Below, piece after piece: positions 44,058 to 52,448 of a stretch of DNA of 64,000 bases (position 1 is its first letter; each line of letters opens with the position of its first letter). The stretch is taken from NCBI GenBank assembly GCA_963668175.1, contig OY764159.1:2496001-2560000 (forward strand). The letters are read 5' to 3'. The position numbers and the translations under genes are program-made. The DNA comes from Syntrophales bacterium (lineage in GTDB: Bacteria > Desulfobacterota > Syntrophia > Syntrophales > PHBD01). Below the pieces are notes generated by a model that saw nothing but the letters and a program-made list of their open reading frames with translations, did no database searches and was not told the origin of the DNA.

Positions 44058-44828
44058 CTATTTGCCCGGCGGCTTGCCGTAGGCGAACTTCTCCCGGTTG
44101 ACCTTGGCGATGTCTACGCCAAAGTGGGCAAGCTCGTCGAGGGTCGCCTCCATCATGGGCGGCGGGCCGCAGAGGTAGAACTCCTCGTCCTTTTCGACGC
44201 CGCGCCTGGAGAGGATGTCGGCGCTGAGCCTCCCCGGCTCGCAGGCGATGCGGGGGTACCGGGAGTCGTAGTGGCACTGCACCCCGTCTTCGCGGCTCAG
44301 GCAATGGATGACGGAAAGATTCATCTCCTCCGTCATCGCCCGGATTTCATCGGCGGCGAAGGCATCCTCCATCGTCTTCGTCGCCCAAAAGAGGGTCGTC
44401 ATGTTGGACGCCTTGACGTTCCGGAAATGGCGGAGAACGCTGAGAAACGGCGTGACGCCGACCCCGCCCGCGAGCATGACGATGTTGGGCTTCGTATCGA
44501 TGTCCTTGCAGAAGGCGCCCAGGGGTCCCAGGCACTTGACGGGATCGCCGGGCTTCAGTCCGAGGATGCCGGACGTGAATGCACCTTCTCTTTTGATGGT
44601 GAAGCGCAGCATGGGGTCCTCCGGAGCTCCGGAGAGGGTGAACGGGTGCGTCTCGCTCCAGCCGTCGTGGCGGGCGATGGCGATCGTGGCGAACTGGCCG
44701 GCCCGGCGCGCGGCGAACTTCGGGTCCGCCCCTTCGAGCCAAAGGGTCACGATGGACTCGTTTTCCGCTTCGACCTTGACCACCTTCCAGATATTCTGCG
44801 GGCTCTGCCCGGTACTCTGTTCCGCCAT
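44058..44828 (-). CDS. Ferredoxin-NADP reductase-like FAD-binding oxidoreductase
   Basis: AGQFA, HPFTLSG, GPLGAF, AGGVGVTPF and YLCGPPPM. Confidence 0.9.
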   Translation of the reverse strand: MAEQSTGQSPQNIWKVVKVEAENESIVTLWLEGADPKFAARRAGQFATIAIARHDGWSETHPFTLSGAPEDPMLRFTIKREGAFTSGILGLKPGDPVKCLGPLGAFCKDIDTKPNIVMLAGGVGVTPFLSVLRHFRNVKASNMTTLFWATKTMEDAFAADEIRAMTEEMNLSVIHCLSREDGVQCHYDSRYPRIACEPGRLSADILSRRGVEKDEEFYLCGPPPMMEATLDELAHFGVDIAKVNREKFAYGKPPGK

Positions 44829-44932
44829 GGTGTGAACCTCCCTGTATTCGATCTCGCGAATGGATTGTTCGTCGATATCGAGGCTGCCTTTTTCCCGGGG
44901 AGCTTGGGGTCTCTCCGGATTGCTAAAAAGAA

Positions 44933-44948
44933 CGCAAATAGCGTGCCA
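44933..44948 (-). promoter_or_regulatory. Sigma-54 promoter
   Basis: Minus strand TGGCACGCTATTTGCG, a near-perfect TGGCACG-N4-TTGC match, 105 bp upstream of 44828. Confidence 0.75.
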
Positions 44949-45142
44949 TTCCGCAAACCGTTATCCCGCATGGCGGGGGCTGCCGGAGAAGCAACCGCTT
45001 CTTCATTTTGCGATCCGTCGTCATCGCGGTCTTATGCGGGTGTCCGGACATATGGGCCGGATCAAGGGCAGAGATTCCGGAAAAAGGGACACCGTCCGGG
45101 CGAAGCAGACACTTCCCGCCAAAAGGGGATGGCCGTTTCATA

Positions 45143-46033
45143 TCACGGATTTTCGAAACGGAATGTCTCCAGGCGGGTGTTTTCCAGGTCGATGTGAAGC
45201 ATGGCGTGACGGTAGAGGTTCCCGCGTCCCAGGAGGATCTTGAGGACTTCCATCGCCTGGAAGGCGCCGATGACGGCGGCGGTTGCCGCCGGAACGCCGA
45301 GAAGGGCCTCCGGCCGCCTTGCCGCGTCGCCGGCAGGACCGGCGTTTCCATAGAGGAGTTTCAGTCCGGAGTCGCCCGGGTACACCGTCATGATCCGGCC
45401 CTCGAAGCCGGCCAGGGCGCCGTGGACGAGCGGCGCGGGCAACCGGCGGCAAATATCCTGCAGCACGAGGCGGTCCGGCACGCTGTCCATGCCGTCGACG
45501 ACGACATCGGCGCCGGCCAGCAGTCTACTGCCGGAGGCGGCGGTCAATCGCTCCCGGTGCGGTGTGACGACGACGCCGGGATTCACGTCCGCAACGATCC
45601 GGGCGGCGGTTTCCGCCTTCGACGCCTGCAGAACGGCAGCGCTGCTCAAGGCCTGGCGGTTCAGGTTCGATTCGTCGAAGACGTCGTCGTCGACAACGAC
45701 GAGCCTTCCCACTCCGGCGCGCGCCAGAAGAAGGACGACATGCCCGCCCAGCCCTCCCGCGCCGACGACGGCGACGATTGCTTCGGCAAGCCTGAGCTGT
45801 TCGGCGGGCGTGATGATGTCCCGGTTGCGGAGGTAACGGCAGGGGTAAACGGGGATACGGAGGGCGGCGCGGTAGACGTCGCCCGCCTCCGCGCCGTGCC
45901 GGCGGGCTATTTCCAGGGCGGCCCGGTCCTCGATGGCAAGGACGTCGCGCCCGGCCGGGTCGGCGATCCGGACAGCTTTTGCTTCGATGTCCCGGGTGAT
46001 GTCGGCGTTCATCGGCATCGCAACCTCTTCCAC
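45143..46033 (-). CDS. ThiF/MoeB/HesA family adenylyltransferase
   Basis: RYLRN, GAGGLG and DDDVFDESNLNRQ; no CxxC zinc pairs. Confidence 0.9.
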   Translation of the reverse strand: MEEVAMPMNADITRDIEAKAVRIADPAGRDVLAIEDRAALEIARRHGAEAGDVYRAALRIPVYPCRYLRNRDIITPAEQLRLAEAIVAVVGAGGLGGHVVLLLARAGVGRLVVVDDDVFDESNLNRQALSSAAVLQASKAETAARIVADVNPGVVVTPHRERLTAASGSRLLAGADVVVDGMDSVPDRLVLQDICRRLPAPLVHGALAGFEGRIMTVYPGDSGLKLLYGNAGPAGDAARRPEALLGVPAATAAVIGAFQAMEVLKILLGRGNLYRHAMLHIDLENTRLETFRFENP

Positions 46034-46151
46034 TCTTTTATCATAAAGGGGCTGTCCTCGCCAGGAGAGGAAAACGTGTAAGAAAAAAGTAGGAAAATCG
46101 TTTCCGGATGGGATAAAATACGGGCCAATCTCATGGAAAGGATTTCCGGCC

Positions 46152-46394
46152 GTGTTGATTGAAATAAATCTCTATGCCTCCCTGGCAGCCTTTCTTCCCC
46201 GTGCCGAAAGGGTAACCGCCGGACCTATGCTCGATGTGGACGAAGGGACGACGATCCTCGAACTCCTGCGACGCTTCCAGGTCCCCATGGAGCAGGTGAA
46301 GATGATCTTCCTCAACGGGGTACATGCGACGGGGGAGGAAGTCCTTCACGAAAGGGACAGGGTGGGCGTTTTCCCGGCCGTCGCCGGGGGCTAG
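46152..46394 (+). CDS. MoaD/ThiS family sulfur-carrier protein
   Basis: 80 aa, INLYASL...IFLNG...DRVGVFPAVAGG, ending in GG. Confidence 0.92.
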   Translation: MLIEINLYASLAAFLPRAERVTAGPMLDVDEGTTILELLRRFQVPMEQVKMIFLNGVHATGEEVLHERDRVGVFPAVAGG

Positions 46395-46442
46395 CGGCTT
46401 GCCGGAGAGTTCGCTTTTGAACAGGCCGTGCCCCCTGCATAG

Positions 46443-46502
46443 GGGGTGCTCAAAAATGCCCGGATGGAACGCTTTACGTTATCGGGCGATTTTCAACAGC
46501 CT
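46443..46502. repeat. Short imperfect inverted-repeat element (MITE/REP-like remnant)
   Basis: GGGGTGCTCAAAAATGCCCG ... CGGGCGATTTTCAACAGCCT (14/20 complementary), between convergent genes. Confidence 0.5.
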
Positions 46503-46508
46503 GTTAGA

Positions 46509-47132
46509 TCAGACGATCCGGAGTTCCAGCCGGACATATCCCGCCGGAAAATCCCGCACGGGGACGGAGGCCGGGTCGATAGCCTCGCCGTCCGCCTCGG
46601 CCGCCATGCAGCCGTCCCGCCATCCGGCGGGCGGGTTTCGGAGGAAGTCCTTCATCTCCTCGGCGCTCAATTCGATACCCTTCTCCAGAAACAAGGGCCC
46701 CAGCTCCCGGATGGTCAGGTTGAAAAGCTTTACGGTGATCCTGCCTTCCGCCGCCGCAGGCGTGTCCGTCTCCTCCTCATGGGTAATGCCGTTTCGCATC
46801 CCGGCATAAAATCCCCCGCGCCGCAAGGTTGCACCCAGGACGCCGGGCATGGCCGACGAGAGGGCAAGGACCGATCCGTCCCGGACGACGGCCGTATGCA
46901 GGTCGTCTATGGGCTTGCCGTTCAGGAAGATCGTCTGGATCCTCTTTTCGATGTAATCGTCGGGGAGGCCGAACCGGCCGGACAGAAGCTCGCGGACGCT
47001 GCCGCCGGTCCGGACTTGCTGGGCAAAACCCTGCTGCAGAATGGGGAAGAAGAAGGGAACGAAAGCCGCCCTCACGTCCAGGCGGAGGCGGCTGGTTGCG
47101 TCCTTGATCTGTCGAGGCGGTTCTCCGTTCAT
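46509..47132 (-). CDS. AOR-associated hypothetical protein with an internal MoaD/ThiS-like segment
   Basis: SVRELL...IQTIFLNGKPIDDL...DGSVLALSSAMPG followed by a C-terminal extension; immediately downstream of aor. Confidence 0.7.
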   Translation of the reverse strand: MNGEPPRQIKDATSRLRLDVRAAFVPFFFPILQQGFAQQVRTGGSVRELLSGRFGLPDDYIEKRIQTIFLNGKPIDDLHTAVVRDGSVLALSSAMPGVLGATLRRGGFYAGMRNGITHEEETDTPAAAEGRITVKLFNLTIRELGPLFLEKGIELSAEEMKDFLRNPPAGWRDGCMAAEADGEAIDPASVPVRDFPAGYVRLELRIV

Positions 47133-47203
47133 CCGGGCGCCCTGTCGTATCCTCGGCCGGGAGGCCTCATGCGGTCCCCCGGCCGCAAAAGGAAAACTTC
47201 GGC

Positions 47204-48940
47204 TTACCAGTTGTAGACCCTGTCCAGATCGGCATCGGAGACCTGGAAGACGATGTTGTGAGGCGGCAGGGGCTCCTTCTTGAAGAACTCGGGCAGCCGG
47301 TCCTGCTGGGCAGTGAAGCCCGCCCGCTTGTTGAAGTCCCGCTCCATCGTCAGAATCTTCTTGCCCAGGGCGGTCACGTCGTCGCCCGTCAGGTTGAGAC
47401 CGTAAAACGCATTGAGAAGGTCGAGGAGGGCCTGGAAGGTCTCGGGCTGGTCGAGGACGGCGAAAGCGATGAACAGGCACATGCCCGTCGCATCGATGGC
47501 GGCGGTGGCGATCTGGAGATCGCGGGAAAGCTCGATCTGTCCTTCCGGCTTCAGGGGATCGACGAACCCCCCTACCTTGAGGACGTTGGCGGTGACCGCA
47601 TAGCCTGCCGTGTGGTCGGCGCCCATGGTGGTCGTGGCGTAGGTGACGCCCATGCCCTGGATGGCCCGGGGATCGTAAGCCGGAAGGGCCTGTCCCTTCA
47701 CGACGGGGACACGCTCCACGCCGAACACCCTGCCCGTCACAGCCGCCCCGTTTCCGAGAATGCGCCCCAGGGGTGTTCCCTTGCCGACTTCCTTGATGAG
47801 GCCGATGGCGGCCTGGGCGTCGCCGAATTTGGCCAGGCCAGCCTCCATGGCCACGCCGATGGTCGCGCCCATCTCGATGGTATCCAGGCCGTAATCGTCG
47901 TCGAGGCGGTCGAGCATGGCGACCGCATCGAGGTCGTCGATGCCGCAATTGGCGCCGTGGGACCAGACCGTCTCGTATTCCGGCTGCTTGGTCAGGTAAT
48001 GGCCGTCCTTGTCCATATAAATGCCGGAGCACTGAATCGTGCAGCCCCGGTGGCAGCCGTGAACCGGGTTGCCGCCGCGGGCCTTTTCGGTTTCGGCCTG
48101 CGTTTCGCCGCTGATCCTGGACACGCCGGGGAAGCGGCCCCACAGGAAGTTGTTGGTGGGATAGCCGCCCGTCTCGTTGATGACGTTGGCGAGGACATTG
48201 GTGCCGTATGTGGGAAGGGCCTCCCCGGTGACGGGATGCTTCTTGAGGCCGTCGACGAAGGCCTTGTTGGCGGCCCGAAACTTTTCCGGGTCCTTCGGGG
48301 CGCGCATCGTCGTCCCCGTATCGTCCAGAACGATCACCTTCACGCCCTTGGCACCCATAACCGCGCCGACTCCGCCGCGCCCGGCATGGCGCGTGGGCCG
48401 TAATTCCATGTCGGTAAAGGCGACGGACGCTGCGGACATCTTCATCTCCCCGGCGGGCCCGATGGAGATGCAGGCGATCTTCTCCCCGAATTCCCGCTTC
48501 ATCTTGTCGACGAGATCGTAGTTGCCGAGCATCTTCAGGCTGTTGTCCGCCGTAGCCTTCACGCCGTCCTTGTTGATGAATATCTTATAGAGATCTCCGT
48601 TCTTGGGCTTTCCTTCCAGGATGATGCCGGCGTAACCGAGGCGGGCCAGGACCTGGGAAGGCTGCCCTCCGGAGTTGGCCTCCTTGATTCCTCCCGTGAG
48701 AGGGCTCTTGCAGCCCACGGATATGCGGCCAGACATGGCCGCCTGTGTACCGCTCAACATTCCCGGCGCGATGATCAGCTTGTTGTCCTCGCTCAAAGGA
48801 TGGGTCAGCGGCGGCACTTCCCGGGAAACCACGGCGGACGTCAACGCCCGTCCCGCCAATCCTGCGTATTCCCCCAGTGAATCCGCGGTTGCCTTCGGCC
48901 CCCCTTCGGCCCCCATATCGATCCTGAGTAATTTGTCCAT
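47204..48940 (-). CDS. aor: Aldehyde:ferredoxin oxidoreductase (tungsten-pterin family)
   Basis: KSPLTGGIKEANSGG, GRGGVGAVMGAKG, CHRGCTIQC, PEYET, DDYGLDT, GADH and GMC motifs. Confidence 0.95.
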   Translation of the reverse strand: MDKLLRIDMGAEGGPKATADSLGEYAGLAGRALTSAVVSREVPPLTHPLSEDNKLIIAPGMLSGTQAAMSGRISVGCKSPLTGGIKEANSGGQPSQVLARLGYAGIILEGKPKNGDLYKIFINKDGVKATADNSLKMLGNYDLVDKMKREFGEKIACISIGPAGEMKMSAASVAFTDMELRPTRHAGRGGVGAVMGAKGVKVIVLDDTGTTMRAPKDPEKFRAANKAFVDGLKKHPVTGEALPTYGTNVLANVINETGGYPTNNFLWGRFPGVSRISGETQAETEKARGGNPVHGCHRGCTIQCSGIYMDKDGHYLTKQPEYETVWSHGANCGIDDLDAVAMLDRLDDDYGLDTIEMGATIGVAMEAGLAKFGDAQAAIGLIKEVGKGTPLGRILGNGAAVTGRVFGVERVPVVKGQALPAYDPRAIQGMGVTYATTTMGADHTAGYAVTANVLKVGGFVDPLKPEGQIELSRDLQIATAAIDATGMCLFIAFAVLDQPETFQALLDLLNAFYGLNLTGDDVTALGKKILTMERDFNKRAGFTAQQDRLPEFFKKEPLPPHNIVFQVSDADLDRVYNW

Positions 48941-49240
48941 CTTGATCCCTCCTTGCTGAATGGTTTACGCCCTGAAAACCGGGGCCGTCCTTCCGCCGGG
49001 GTAACGTCCCGAAGATATCCGCGCTGCAGGCATGCGTCGACGGGAACGGACGCCTTGTTTCCAAACCCTCGATACGCTCATTCATTTTTTCGAAGGAGAT
49101 GCCGCCGTTTCTCTCCTTTCTTCAGCGGACGATATTCGATGCGCTTGCGATGATACGCTTTACGTCGAACCGCTCAAAGACGTTGGCAATGCGAGCAAGG
49201 ATGAAGTGGAGACGAATGCTGTAAGAGATGATAGGTCACT

Positions 49241-49296
49241 ATATGATTTGTATCATATACAAATTTTTAAAAGATGCAACATGTCAAATTTGACAT
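49241..49296. promoter_or_regulatory. Cluster of palindromic operator-like sites in the divergent aor promoter region
   Basis: ATATGAT-N4-ATCATAT (49241-49258), ATTTGTAT-N3-ATACAAAT (49246-49264) and perfect 16-bp ATGTCAAATTTGACAT (49281-49296). Confidence 0.6.
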
Positions 49297-49497
49297 AATG
49301 CACGCCTGTCCGGGGTTTGCCGCATCCCGACGAGGGGAGGTTTAAGAAAAGAAATCTTTGGTCCGGCAGGGACAGTCGGGCTTTTCGAGGATCTTTCCTT
49401 CCCCCCGCGCGGCGCCGATGTTCATTTGCTCTTGCCAAACGGCCTGTCGGTGCCTTATACTGACTTGGAGAAAGTACTTGGAAAAGGAACGCTTTAC

Positions 49498-50232
49498 ATG
49501 AACATCACGGCCTATATCGGCATCGACGATACGGACAACCTGGAAAGCCCCGTCGGCACAGGCAAAGTGGCACGCCAATTCGAACCGCTCCTGCCCGGGG
49601 GCGTGCGGCTCAGGGGCGTCGTGCGCCAGCAGCTTCTCGTCGACGCACGCATCCCCTATACCTCTCATAACAGCTCCGCCTGCCTGATCGTCGACTGCCC
49701 GGATGTGACATGCTTCCGGACGGTCCGGGAGAGGATCGTCCCCTACCTGGAGCAGTCGGCCGCCGAGGGCAGCGACCCCGGCCTGTGCATCGCCGCTGCG
49801 GGTGACGAAGCGCTGGACGCCCTCATGGCGTTCGGGAAACGCTGCACGAACACCGTCGTGACCCAGGACGAGGCCAGGAGGGCCGCTGCCGGGGTTCATC
49901 TTTCATGTCACGGCGGCACCTGCGACGGCATCATCGGCGCGGCCGCTGCCGTAGGGCTGACCGCTTCGGGCTGGAGTGGGCGGTTCATCGAGTACAACGG
50001 GCTTCGCAACTATCCCGATCCGGTTTCGGTGGCGGACCTTGCCGCGGCGGGCATCGTCGTCGTGTCCGTCGACCGGGACGCCGTCGTACCGATGCCCGCG
50101 GACCTGATAGAAACAGGGGGCTGGCTGCGGCCGAGGCTTATGGGCCACCGGGCTGTCCTGCCGGTTATGCCCGACGGGCCGGGCCGGTGGAAGAGCTTCG
50201 GAGGGAAGAGAAACAAACACAACGCCAAATAA
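49498..50232 (+). CDS. Stand-alone TiaS (DUF1743)-like N-terminal-domain protein
   Basis: YIGIDDTD, IPYTSHNSSAC, SDPGLC and GIIGAAAAVG motifs; too short to include the TiaS tRNA-binding domains. Confidence 0.7.
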   Translation: MNITAYIGIDDTDNLESPVGTGKVARQFEPLLPGGVRLRGVVRQQLLVDARIPYTSHNSSACLIVDCPDVTCFRTVRERIVPYLEQSAAEGSDPGLCIAAAGDEALDALMAFGKRCTNTVVTQDEARRAAAGVHLSCHGGTCDGIIGAAAAVGLTASGWSGRFIEYNGLRNYPDPVSVADLAAAGIVVVSVDRDAVVPMPADLIETGGWLRPRLMGHRAVLPVMPDGPGRWKSFGGKRNKHNAK

Positions 50233-50245
50233 AGGAGGACCGACC

Positions 50246-50455
50246 ATGCCGGGACAGATTTTTTACCGCGAAAGAAGGAAGGTGAGCGAGAAGGAGAAGA
50301 AACCCCGCTTTAAACTCGTGGCGTCGGCGGGCGTCGACATCGCCTTTTACGGGGACCACCTGCGGAAGAAGGAACTGGAGCAGATCGCCGAGGCCGTCGG
50401 GGCGCAGCTTGTGCTCCTGAAACACGGCGAGAAGGACGAAGAAGTCGAACTCTAG
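50246..50455 (+). CDS. Small hypothetical protein
   Basis: Strong AAGGAGG RBS; host-like codons; operonic between the TiaS-like and MoSto-like genes (alternative GTG start 50282). Confidence 0.7.
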   Translation: MPGQIFYRERRKVSEKEKKPRFKLVASAGVDIAFYGDHLRKKELEQIAEAVGAQLVLLKHGEKDEEVEL

Positions 50456-50495
50456 GCGCTCCGTCCGCGATACGCAGCCATCAGAGGAGGAAGAC

Positions 50496-51323
50496 ATGGC
50501 GCTCTACAGGGAACGCGACGGCAGACGTCTGCACGTGAAAAGCAAACTCATGGGCGAGTCCCTCGTGGGCAAGTCCTTTCTGGACGGCCTCAAGATTTCG
50601 CCGCAGCAGCGGCTCTTTCCGGACGTCAACGTGATCAAGATCGGCGGGCAGTCGATTTCCGACCGGGGGGCCAAGTACCTGCCCGCCCTGATCAAGGAGA
50701 TCGGCGCGGCCAAGAAGAAGCACCAGATGCTCGTTATGACCGGCGGCGGCACTAGGAGCCGCCACATCTATTCCATCGGCCTGGAACTCGGCATGCCGAC
50801 GGGCATCATCGCCAAGTTCGGAAGCTCCGTGTCGGAACAGAACGCGCTCCTCATCGCCACGCTCCTTTCCCCCTGGGGCGGCATCAAGATCGGCCACGAC
50901 GAAGTCCTGAAACTCTCGACCTACCTTGCCCAGGGCTGCATCCCCGTCATGCACGGCATGCCGCCCTACGACTATTTCGCCATCCCCGCGTCGAACCACA
51001 TCCCCATCCACCGGACCGACGTCGGCACCCTCATCGTCGCCGACCTGATCGGCGCGAAGAGCTGCATCCTGGTGAAGGACGAAAAGGGTCTCTTCACCGA
51101 CGATCCCAAAAAGAACGACCGGGCCGAATTCATCCCGGAGATCGGCGCGAAGACCCTGATGGAGATGGACCTGGACGACCTCGTCATCGAGCGCCCCTGC
51201 CTGGATATCCTCCAGAGGAGCGAGGTGATCGACCGGATCCAGATCGTCGACGGCCTGACGCCCGGCAATCTGACGAAGGCCCTCGCGGGCAAGCACGTCG
51301 GCACCATCGTCTACAAGGAATAA
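50496..51323 (+). CDS. Molybdenum/tungsten storage protein (MoSto)-like, amino-acid-kinase fold
   Basis: VIKIGGQSISDRG, TGGGTRSRH, EQNA, GMPPY, IPIHRTDVG, VKDEKGLFTDDP and GLTPGNLTKALAGKHVGT match remembered Azotobacter MosA/MosB sequences. Confidence 0.82.
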   Translation: MALYRERDGRRLHVKSKLMGESLVGKSFLDGLKISPQQRLFPDVNVIKIGGQSISDRGAKYLPALIKEIGAAKKKHQMLVMTGGGTRSRHIYSIGLELGMPTGIIAKFGSSVSEQNALLIATLLSPWGGIKIGHDEVLKLSTYLAQGCIPVMHGMPPYDYFAIPASNHIPIHRTDVGTLIVADLIGAKSCILVKDEKGLFTDDPKKNDRAEFIPEIGAKTLMEMDLDDLVIERPCLDILQRSEVIDRIQIVDGLTPGNLTKALAGKHVGTIVYKE

Positions 51324-51439
51324 CGCCGGGCGCCTTTGATGGCAGTGCCCGCGCCGCCGGGTTTATGTCCGGGAATGCCCCGATGCCCGGTGCCGGGACG
51401 TCCGGGAATGAACGTGCCTTGCCTTATCGCCGCCGCGCT

Positions 51440-51461
51440 GATATATCTCAAAACACACAAC
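51440..51461 (+). promoter_or_regulatory. Possible ModE/TunR-type operator upstream of tupA
   Basis: AT-rich imperfect palindrome GATATAT-N8-ACACAAC, 24 bp before the start; a degenerate match to GTTATRT-N8-AYATAAC. Confidence 0.35.
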
Positions 51462-51484
51462 AATCATCCGCCAAGGAGGATGCC

Positions 51485-52357
51485 ATGAAAGATACCATGA
51501 AACAGGTGGTTGTCGCCATGATTCTGAATATGTTGTTGATTCTGCCCGCGTGGGCGGCCGGCGGAGGGAGCGGCTTCATCCTACTTTCGACGACGATCGG
51601 GCCCATCGATTCGGGCATTGTCGGCGTCCTGGAAGACGCCTTTGAGAAAGAGACGGGCATCCGCGTGCGCCACGTGGGCGCCGGGACGACGGCCGCCTTG
51701 GAACTGGCGAAGAAGGGCGAGATCGACGTCGTCATGGCCCATGCCAAGTCCGCGGAAGATGCCTTCGTCAAGGAGGGGTTCGGGACGGCGCGGTATCCCC
51801 TCATGTACAACGACTTCGTCATCGTCGGCCCGGCCGCGGACCCGGCGGGGATCAGGGGCATGGCGTCCGCCGCAGAGGCCTTGAAGACGGTTGCGGCGAA
51901 GGAGGCGCTCTTCGTCACCCGCGGCGACAAGTCGGGGACGCACCTGGCGGAGTTGGCGATCTGGCAGAAGGCGGGCGTGAAGCCCGTGGGCGGCTGGTAC
52001 CGCGTCTTCGAGAAAGGGGCCGAGGGGAACGTCCCGACGCTGCTCTACACCGACGCGCAGAAGGCTTATACCTTCATGGATCGGGCCACGTACCTGACGC
52101 TGGGAAACAAAATCAATCTTGCCGTCCTCGTCGAGAAGGACGAGGCGCTCCTGAACCGCATCACGCTCATTCCCGTCAATCCCAAGAAGCTCCCGAAGGC
52201 GAATTACGCCGACACGATGACGTTCGTCAACTGGCTCACCGACCCCGGCAAGGGCCAGCTCGTCATCCGCGACTTCGGCCGCGACAAATACGGAAGCCCC
52301 TTGTTCTTCCCCGACTCCGAGGCGTGGGTGAAGGAGCAGGGGAAGCAATCGAGGTGA
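51485..52357 (+). CDS. tupA: Tungstate ABC transporter substrate-binding protein (TupA family)
   Basis: Signal peptide; STTIGPIDSG, MYNDFVIVGP, TRGDKSGTH and YTFMDRATY motifs. Confidence 0.85.
   Translation: MKDTMKQVVVAMILNMLLILPAWAAGGGSGFILLSTTIGPIDSGIVGVLEDAFEKETGIRVRHVGAGTTAALELAKKGEIDVVMAHAKSAEDAFVKEGFGTARYPLMYNDFVIVGPAADPAGIRGMASAAEALKTVAAKEALFVTRGDKSGTHLAELAIWQKAGVKPVGGWYRVFEKGAEGNVPTLLYTDAQKAYTFMDRATYLTLGNKINLAVLVEKDEALLNRITLIPVNPKKLPKANYADTMTFVNWLTDPGKGQLVIRDFGRDKYGSPLFFPDSEAWVKEQGKQSR
52273..52357 (+). repeat. Repeat A copy 1 (tupA 3' end)
   Basis: Core CTTCGGCCGCGACAA at 52273-52287 is identical at 53889-53903 and 56370-56384. Confidence 0.9.
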
Positions 52358-52448
52358 GCAGGGGGGGCGGGGGGGGCTGCCGGATTGACGATTCCTGATA
52401 ATGAAGGAAGCGCGCCTTAAAAGCGTCAGGACAGATTAAGGTTAAGGT

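Noticed and set aside
1305..48403. Long antisense ORFs (e.g. 1305-3437, 6077-8803, 13591-16248, 37716-39830, 47258-48403)
   Set aside because: These are shadow frames of GC3-rich real genes on the opposite strand, with no motifs of their own.
49030..49100. Moco/Wco riboswitch-like fragment (AGGG-TTTG-GAAA-CAAG on the minus strand) upstream of aor
   Set aside because: Only one hairpin resembles the motif. The CCUCCCG/GGAAAGG elements and closing stem are not evident. It would need an Rfam covariance search.
50496..51323. Uridylate kinase (pyrH) call
   Set aside because: It lacks the PyrH KLSGE signature and tsf/frr context. Motifs and neighbours fit MoSto better.
52414..52448. attC-like pair GCCTTAAA...GTTAAGGT just before the cyclase-like ATG
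   Set aside because: Only about 35 bp long, imperfect core sites, and no matching site after the gene.
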